A DNA stretch of 39,449 nucleotides. Source: Fimicolochytrium jonesii (lineage: Eukaryota). A program made the translations under genes and the position numbers. Each line of letters opens with the position of its first letter. Position 1 is the stretch's first letter. The notes beneath the pieces were generated by a model. The model was not told where the DNA came from. It searched no databases and was given only the letters and a program-made list of their open reading frames with translations. The stretch covers positions 744,001 through 783,449 of the forward strand of contig NW_026515681.1 of the NCBI RefSeq assembly GCF_025526975.1, read 5' to 3'. Of the stretch, positions 34,634 through 39,449 are shown piece after piece.

Positions 34634-35794
34634 ATGGTTTATGCACAACCAAAGAACGACGCAGCAATGAACATTGAACTAGCAAAAAAACTTATCAACC
34701 GATATGCCGATACCGTCCATCAAAAGAATGGAACGATAGGATTGGCTGCAAGTAGCCGAAAGGTATACCTCTCTGCCTGTAATGCACTTGAAGCATACGG
34801 AATTCTTGATCCGAACGTTCTATCATCGCCAACCGATGTCATGAAAATCTTGAAAAAGAATTACCCCAAAGACGATGGAGCGAATTGTACAAAGGTGTTG
34901 TCTGCTATGTTCAAAATTATGACAAACGAGGAAAAAATAGGATTGTACGATTGGCTTTCGTCTAGCCTCTACGGTGAAACTGCAAAGAAACAATTCCTAG
35001 GTGCGTGCACAATGGACAAACTTACGCATATTGACGAAATGGGAGGTTTCTATCTCAAGATCAATAGCGATCGTTGTAAAGAGATACAAGCCCGCGATCT
35101 CGTAATGGATAGAGAATATGAAACGAAGCGCTTCATTGAAAAAGACCCTTTAATCAACGCTCTTTACGAGAAATTGGATCAACTTAAAGAAAATGCCGTC
35201 AAAGACCCTTATAAGTATGGTTTGTTGCTTGCAGCGGCTTGTTTTGTTGGTTCAGATGTTATTCGAAGAGCGGACATTGGCCAAGCAAAGTTTATGCACA
35301 TTTCCGAAGCGGATAATGTGACATTTGATACGGGAACCCATACCTTTCTGATAAAAGCATGTAATACAAATAAGGGAGACACCGATGTTCTTATTACAAT
35401 TATCGATGACATTGTTAAAAGGCACATTGATAATCTGGTTGATATTCGTAAGGCTAAAGGACAGAGTAGATTGTTTGAAAAAGCGCGCAACGCAAGTAAA
35501 CCCTATGAAGGCGGAGGTTTTGGAAGGGCTATGAAGATCGCTTGTAAACAACATATCGGAAAAGAACTTGGAGTCAATGAACTTAGAAAAATCGTAGTGA
35601 TTGACTCGATCAAATTGGATAACGGAGATCCTCGGGTTCAAAAAGAGTTTGCTAAAAAGCATGGTCATTCCTATGCAACACGACAAGTCTATTATAATCT
35701 TCACAGGGAGAAGAACGAAGGCTCATCTAATGATGATGATGCGATGGATATTGACGATCTTAATGATGATTTAAATCTAGATGACAAGTTTTGA
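34634..35794 (+). CDS. Tyrosine recombinase of PLV/virophage type, 386 aa
   Basis: IRRADIG (R), NTNKG (K), VNELRK (HxxR variant) and AKKHGHSYATRQVYY (H and Y) in the canonical order. Confidence 0.8.
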   Translation: MVYAQPKNDAAMNIELAKKLINRYADTVHQKNGTIGLAASSRKVYLSACNALEAYGILDPNVLSSPTDVMKILKKNYPKDDGANCTKVLSAMFKIMTNEEKIGLYDWLSSSLYGETAKKQFLGACTMDKLTHIDEMGGFYLKINSDRCKEIQARDLVMDREYETKRFIEKDPLINALYEKLDQLKENAVKDPYKYGLLLAAACFVGSDVIRRADIGQAKFMHISEADNVTFDTGTHTFLIKACNTNKGDTDVLITIIDDIVKRHIDNLVDIRKAKGQSRLFEKARNASKPYEGGGFGRAMKIACKQHIGKELGVNELRKIVVIDSIKLDNGDPRVQKEFAKKHGHSYATRQVYYNLHREKNEGSSNDDDAMDIDDLNDDLNLDDKF

Positions 35795-35801
35795 AAACGT
35801 A

Positions 35802-37139
35802 TTATCCATTTTGCTCTTCATACTCGGCTATGGTCTCCCGTGCATTTTTGAGATTCCCTTCATCTTCCCAAGTTGATTGGGACGCATCATAACCACTCCA
35901 TAGAACCTTGTACTGCTTTATCCTTCTGTTGCCTCTACGTACTACTCTTGAATCAAGTATTGAATCAATTTTGTATTCGTTGTTTTCATTTGGATCTGGC
36001 TGGGAAGCAATGTCTGGTAGGGTGACGGTTCCTGATGGAACTATTCGAAGATCGTTAGCCGATATTAAACCGGGAAGTCTTGTTCCATCCATTCTGTTTA
36101 ATTTGTACGATGAAACATAACCTGCATAATTACTTTGCACTTTCCCTTCAATTCTATAAGTTTGTGACGAGAAATACCCCACTTTTGCGCGTCTTTTAAT
36201 ACCACTTGGTAACGGTATTATCTTTCTTACAATATCTCCCATCTTAAATTCGTTCAAAACTGTTGATTTCACCCCTTTCAATTTCTTGTTCCGTATGCGA
36301 TCAAAGATGGCTTCATGTTCATCTTGTAAGATTTCATTTGAAGCCTTCCCTGTCGCATACGTTTTCGTGTTGTTTAAATTATCTATGAGTTTTTGAAGAT
36401 AATTTGGCCAATCCCGTTTTCCGAAACGTATCGAGGAATAGATCAGATTTTTTATATTTTTGTTAACGGATTCAATCTGACCTTGACCTTGCGGGACACC
36501 GGGTTGTCCGAACTTCCACTCCACGTTGTTCGAGTCAGCCCACTCTTGCACCAGACCTTGAAATTCCGTACCTACATCGGATGTGAAACTTACTAATACA
36601 GCGCCATCCCGTTTCATTGTTTCTAGGCACTTGACAACAGTGGCTTGATCTTGTGTCTTCATTGGCATACTGTACACCTTTTTGGTGAGAATGTCTGAAG
36701 CGTTGACCGAATACTTATATCCACCGTATGGTACGGACATTAGGTTGATACAATCAGTCTGGTAATTTCCTTCCTTTCTGGCCAAAATCGGTTTTATCGA
36801 GCCTCGCGATCCCATAACTTTTGTAGACCTCTGCCAAATCTCTTGCTTCTTGAGAAAGTCGTTAAGAAGGGTTCTTTGCGAAATCCTGCTATTGGGAAAC
36901 GCTTTTCTATATGCATACCACAATTTGTCTTGTCCTAGAAAATTTTGATTCTGATAGTAAAACTTGGTGAGGTTCCGGAGATCCTCCGGAGTGATGGGGT
37001 CATATCTGAGAGATGAAGGGCCTTTGTTGTCGGAGTCCATCTTTCGTTTATCAATTGACCACAAATTAATGTTGTGGTCAATTTTTTTTTCATTGTTCGG
37101 TAAAAATTGAGAAAAATACCTGAATCTTTTCTCGGGCAT
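35802..37139 (-). CDS. Polinton-type retroviral-like (rve) DDE integrase with a C-terminal chromodomain, 445 aa
   Basis: LTKFYYQ..FLGQDKLW N-terminus; YQTD, FTSDVGTEF and QGQIESVNKNIK give the D-D-E triad; chromodomain YKIDSILDSR...YKVLWSGYDASQSTWEDEGNL. Confidence 0.9.
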   Translation of the reverse strand: MPEKRFRYFSQFLPNNEKKIDHNINLWSIDKRKMDSDNKGPSSLRYDPITPEDLRNLTKFYYQNQNFLGQDKLWYAYRKAFPNSRISQRTLLNDFLKKQEIWQRSTKVMGSRGSIKPILARKEGNYQTDCINLMSVPYGGYKYSVNASDILTKKVYSMPMKTQDQATVVKCLETMKRDGAVLVSFTSDVGTEFQGLVQEWADSNNVEWKFGQPGVPQGQGQIESVNKNIKNLIYSSIRFGKRDWPNYLQKLIDNLNNTKTYATGKASNEILQDEHEAIFDRIRNKKLKGVKSTVLNEFKMGDIVRKIIPLPSGIKRRAKVGYFSSQTYRIEGKVQSNYAGYVSSYKLNRMDGTRLPGLISANDLRIVPSGTVTLPDIASQPDPNENNEYKIDSILDSRVVRRGNRRIKQYKVLWSGYDASQSTWEDEGNLKNARETIAEYEEQNG

Positions 37140-37318
37140 GAGCGCTCAGTCAAAAGGTCATACTATATAGGCAAGATTCGAAAAGCCTGAAAAGCACAAC
37201 CCAAATATAGTAAAATGGCACCAATTTGTTCAGGAGTTTGGTCGCGCAGAAGATGTCTTTGTTGCTCAACTCGGAGAATAGTTTTTCGTCTTATTCAGGA
37301 CGGAAATCTTGGAAATCT

Positions 37319-37528
37319 TCAAGCGGTCTTTTTCCGCCTAGTGACTTTAGGTTTTACCTGGTCACCTAAAATCTTCTGTACCAATGCTTCTGCCATTTCC
37401 TTTTGTAAGGATTCGAGTATTTCTTTTCTGGAGTTTTCGTCAACGTCTAACCAAAGGCGATCTTGGGAAAGCGCTGCTAAAACCGTGTCATACGTTTCCT
37501 TTGTTACAGTATCTGGTATAAAGAACAT
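37319..37528 (-). CDS. Small hypothetical PLV protein, 69 aa
   Basis: ORF fills the gap between the ATPase and the integrase on the same strand, with an AAATG start context. Confidence 0.45.
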   Translation of the reverse strand: MFFIPDTVTKETYDTVLAALSQDRLWLDVDENSRKEILESLQKEMAEALVQKILGDQVKPKVTRRKKTA

Positions 37529-37549
37529 TTCTATTCAAAAACCAACAAT

Positions 37550-38260
37550 TTAAAAAAAGTCGTGAAACCCGTCTTTGTCGCAATACCGGTACATCGTTCG
37601 CGCATCATCCGCTGCCAAATTCACATATGCAAACGAATACGGCTCCTTTGTGCTTTCCGTAAGATACGATAGAACTTCTTTTTTTGTTTTGAACGCACTT
37701 GTCAATAATTTCGCCAAAGATTCCATATCCTCCGAATTATTCTTAAAGATTATAAACTCTGTTGTGTTGTTCTTCATCTTTCGAGTAAGTTGACCGCTCA
37801 CGGATTGGATACACACCATGGTGGAGCAGAGAAAGTGGCGTCCTTTCGTATAGAGTTTAGACAACTCTTTGTTTAACTCCTTCCCTTGAGCATTGTCTCC
37901 AGCGTCGTCAATATACAACAGCAAGGACTTTCCGCTTTCCGCCAGCAACTTTTGATCTTCCAAAATCTCGGCTATCATGGCATTATTCACTTCATCTGTG
38001 AAAAAGATGTTCCTGTGCTTAGTGCTCTGTGCCAATTGTTTTATGCTCTTATCGTTCAAGACTGTATCTGACATTATTATCACTCTGTCAAACACTTTTG
38101 CATAAACATCTTCGATCAATCCACATACAAGAGCGGATTTCCCACTTTTGCGCGGTGCGATAAGTGTACTACATATGGGAGGAGCCTGAATGTTGATCGG
38201 AATGATTTTGTTTCGAACCTCGTTTTTCTTCGGAAAGATTGGTTTTGGTTTGTAAGACAT
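37550..38260 (-). CDS. A32-like FtsK/HerA genome-packaging ATPase, 236 aa
   Basis: IAPRKSGKS (Walker A), LLYIDD (Walker B), KGRH (Arg finger) and MVCIQS. Size typical of PLV, Polinton and virophage ATPases. Confidence 0.9.
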   Translation of the reverse strand: MSYKPKPIFPKKNEVRNKIIPINIQAPPICSTLIAPRKSGKSALVCGLIEDVYAKVFDRVIIMSDTVLNDKSIKQLAQSTKHRNIFFTDEVNNAMIAEILEDQKLLAESGKSLLLYIDDAGDNAQGKELNKELSKLYTKGRHFLCSTMVCIQSVSGQLTRKMKNNTTEFIIFKNNSEDMESLAKLLTSAFKTKKEVLSYLTESTKEPYSFAYVNLAADDARTMYRYCDKDGFHDFF

Positions 38261-38283
38261 TAATTCTCTTACCTTATTACTAA

Positions 38284-39003
38284 ATGTATTCAGAAATTTT
38301 ATACTCTAGCGTCTCCCAACGTACATACAACATCCAACCTAGACGGATCGAGGCTTTCAAAATACTGAGCCTTTCTTTTCTTCAAGATTGGGATCTGGTT
38401 GAAAATAACGTGAATGATACTATCGCATTTGCCCAACAAGGGTCTGATACCATCTTGTACGCAAAGATCCCAAATGGTAACTACTCGATCGTTGACTTCC
38501 CAAACGCTGTTTCCAGCGCTATGAATAGCGCCGCTGGCTCTAATGTATACTCTGCTACATTCGATGGTGTTAGACGCAAGTTAACGGTAAATAGCAACTC
38601 TGTTCCTTTCAAGATACTTCCTGGCAATCGTGGGTCGACAGCCTATATTCTTATGGGAATGTCCCGTCGAGCGGATATTGGCTTTGGTTCCTCTCACGAG
38701 ATGAAGAATCCTGTCAATTTAAGCGGTTCATATCCTGTCATTTTGACTTCCAACATTCAATGCAAAGGCACCCAGTATCTTGTTGATTATAACGACAGCG
38801 CTCAATCAATCTGTTGCAGTATCGTACCTGATAGTTTTGGGGACATTGTACAATATGAAAATTCAGGCGAGTTTCTTCCCGTTGGACAGACCATATCTCA
38901 AGTCGAGTTTCATCTTATCAATTCCCTTACCGGAACAGAAGTATCATTGAATTCTCCTTTAAGTGTCAGATTCGCCATTCTAGACGATGTAGACGATCTC
39001 TGA
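38284..39003 (+). CDS. Probable minor capsid protein (penton, single jelly-roll), 239 aa
   Basis: Beta-rich. NNVNDTIAF..IPNGNYS insertion domain and C-terminal ISQVEFHLINSLTGTEVSLNSPLSVRF resemble PLV pentons. Adjacent to the packaging ATPase. Confidence 0.72.
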   Translation: MYSEILYSSVSQRTYNIQPRRIEAFKILSLSFLQDWDLVENNVNDTIAFAQQGSDTILYAKIPNGNYSIVDFPNAVSSAMNSAAGSNVYSATFDGVRRKLTVNSNSVPFKILPGNRGSTAYILMGMSRRADIGFGSSHEMKNPVNLSGSYPVILTSNIQCKGTQYLVDYNDSAQSICCSIVPDSFGDIVQYENSGEFLPVGQTISQVEFHLINSLTGTEVSLNSPLSVRFAILDDVDDL

Positions 39004-39057
39004 CCGCACCTATGTTCCTCTTAAATATTTTGTTTTCTTTATAAAAACTCGTGTTAA

Positions 39058-39449
39058 ATGAGCGAAGATCCAAATCATTCGAGTGCCTCTGCCGATTCTC
39101 CTGCCAATACTGACACGGTACAAGAATCTGTACAAGATTCAATACCGGAGATTCGATCACCTTCACCAAAGCCAGAGTTAAAACCTAAAAAGCAAAGAAC
39201 ACCCGCACAGGAAGCGGCTCTGAAGAAAGCCGTTGCCACACGGAAAAAAAACTTGCAAGAATTGTCCGCTATGAAGAAAAAGGAAAGCGAAGATAGAAAA
39301 ATCCAAGAAGCGAAACAACTTCTTGAAAAGGAGAAACTTGCAAAGAAATTGGTGAAAGAGGAAAAGGCTAAATCAAAGCCACAAACATCACAAACCGCTA
39401 AACGGGCACGTTCAATCAAAGTTCCACATAATGAACCGACTGCAATTCG
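39058..39449 (+). CDS. Lys/Glu-rich coiled-coil PLV protein, partial (runs off the window)
   Basis: ATG in TAAATG context. MSEDPNHSS...KPKKQRTPAQEAALKKAVATRKKNLQE... stays open to the window end. Confidence 0.65.
   Translation, partial: MSEDPNHSSASADSPANTDTVQESVQDSIPEIRSPSPKPELKPKKQRTPAQEAALKKAVATRKKNLQELSAMKKKESEDRKIQEAKQLLEKEKLAKKLVKEEKAKSKPQTSQTAKRARSIKVPHNEPTAI

Larger units (their letters stand above)
21840..39449. mobile_element. Endogenous Polinton-like virus (PLV), interrupted by a Gypsy element at 22250-28127; right part beyond the window
   Basis: Abrupt change to AT-rich, intronless, tightly packed genes: TV-Pol/D5 helicase, tyrosine recombinase, rve-chromo integrase, A32-like ATPase and a penton-like protein. 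The same ~150-bp repeat unit occurs on both sides of the Gypsy insertion. The left boundary is inferred from the Crypton truncation and the palindrome. Confidence 0.85.

Noticed and set aside
33949..36596. Antisense ORFs over the viral genes
   Set aside because: Shadows of the motif-bearing ORFs on the opposite strand.
28128..39449. Calling the element a canonical Polinton/Maverick or a giant-virus (NCLDV) fragment
   Set aside because: No pPolB, protease, MCP or NCLDV core genes are visible in the window. TV-Pol-helicase, YR, small ATPase and penton fit a PLV better, pending the downstream sequence.

Overview
Eukaryotic, fungal DNA: short GT-AG introns with CTAAC/CTGAC branch sites and a Zn2Cys6 transcription factor. 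An early-diverging fungus such as a chytrid is plausible but not provable from this window. The left ~20.5 kb is GC-rich host DNA with four spliced genes: a Zn2Cys6 TF, a heme-oxygenase-like diiron (HDO) redox enzyme, a ferric reductase and a sterol glucosyltransferase. It also holds an intron-containing tRNA-Asn(GTT) and a small relic of a D5-type viral helicase. From ~20.9 kb there is a nested stack of mobile elements. A dead Crypton (NDC10-like tyrosine recombinase) is cut off by an AT-rich, intronless, gene-dense endogenous Polinton-like virus (PLV) that runs off the right edge. A young Ty3/Gypsy chromovirus (530-bp LTRs, CATCC target-site duplication) has inserted into the PLV's left repeat region. 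The PLV encodes a TV-Pol (PolA-like) primase fused to a D5/SF3 helicase, a tyrosine recombinase and also an rve-chromodomain integrase, an A32/FtsK packaging ATPase, a penton-like protein and several orphans. Two cis-structures are the most striking and are not explained by the genes: a perfect 25-bp-arm palindrome followed by ~33-bp-spaced TGCATTAACCGTA repeats at the PLV's left boundary, and eight clusters of GAGTA pentamers in exact 9-bp phase, in opposite orientations around the primase-helicase gene, resembling a P4/SaPI-type iteron origin.
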